Source: an uncultured Clostridia bacterium
GTDB lineage: Bacteria; Bacillota; Clostridia; Christensenellales; Aristaeellaceae
DNA: 32,816 nt
Reading direction: 5' to 3'
Assembly: GCA_904420265.1 (NCBI GenBank)
Contig: CAJFUU010000191.1
Location: forward strand, 1 to 32,816
The notes under the pieces were generated by a model that saw only the letters and a program-made list of their open reading frames with translations, had not been told where the DNA came from and searched no databases. The position numbers and the translations under genes were made by a program. Each line of letters begins with the position of its first letter. The first letter of the stretch is position 1. Below, in pieces: positions 32,816 to 32,816 of the stretch.

Positions 32816-32816
32816 A

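Noticed and set aside
1-32816. CRISPR arrays, tandem repeats, IS elements or transposase genes, toxin-antitoxin or defence genes
   Set aside because: Reading through the window, I found no regularly spaced direct repeats, no terminal inverted repeats flanking a transposase-like ORF, and no ORF with nuclease, defence or toxin motifs. The only mobility trace is the integrase remnant.

Overview
This looks like a high-GC, Gram-positive (Clostridia-like) accessory region. Supporting signs are strong GGAGG-type RBSs, a YesM/YesN-type two-component system, a split ChrA pair and a GldA/F/G-DUF4340 module. Almost all of it concerns sugar, polyol or amino-sugar metabolism. All family calls come from motifs read by eye; no searches were run.

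Layout:
- 1-1185: GC-rich stretch with no credible gene.
- 1186-6805 (minus strand): AraC-type response regulator, LytS/YesM-type histidine kinase, Fe-dependent alcohol dehydrogenase and a shikimate/quinate-dehydrogenase paralog. The two-component genes are visibly lower in GC.
- 6830-7543: second gene-free stretch.
- 7590-8474 (minus strand): AraC regulator, divergent from the operon below.
- 8634-17246 (plus strand): tightly coupled seven-gene operon. It encodes a DUF3604/PHP-like metallohydrolase, a truncated Gfo/Idh/MocA-like protein, three full-length Gfo/Idh/MocA oxidoreductases, a radical-SAM glycyl-radical activase and a short 718-aa glycyl radical enzyme (GRE).
- 17401-21896: GldA/GldF/GldG-like ABC system plus a DUF4340 protein.
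- 21928-30659: two xylose-isomerase-like TIM-barrel genes, an RbsABC-type sugar ABC transporter (one binding protein, one duplicated ATPase, two permeases), a NagA-like deacetylase and a ROK kinase.
- 30659-31764: split chromate-transporter pair.
- 31765-32815: frameshifted tyrosine-integrase remnant next to a complete tRNA-Ala(GGC) on the minus strand.

The best candidate for an undescribed system is the GRE operon. Its GRE has a non-canonical Cys loop (GCNWL instead of GCxE), and I do not recognise its gene context from characterised GRE pathways.
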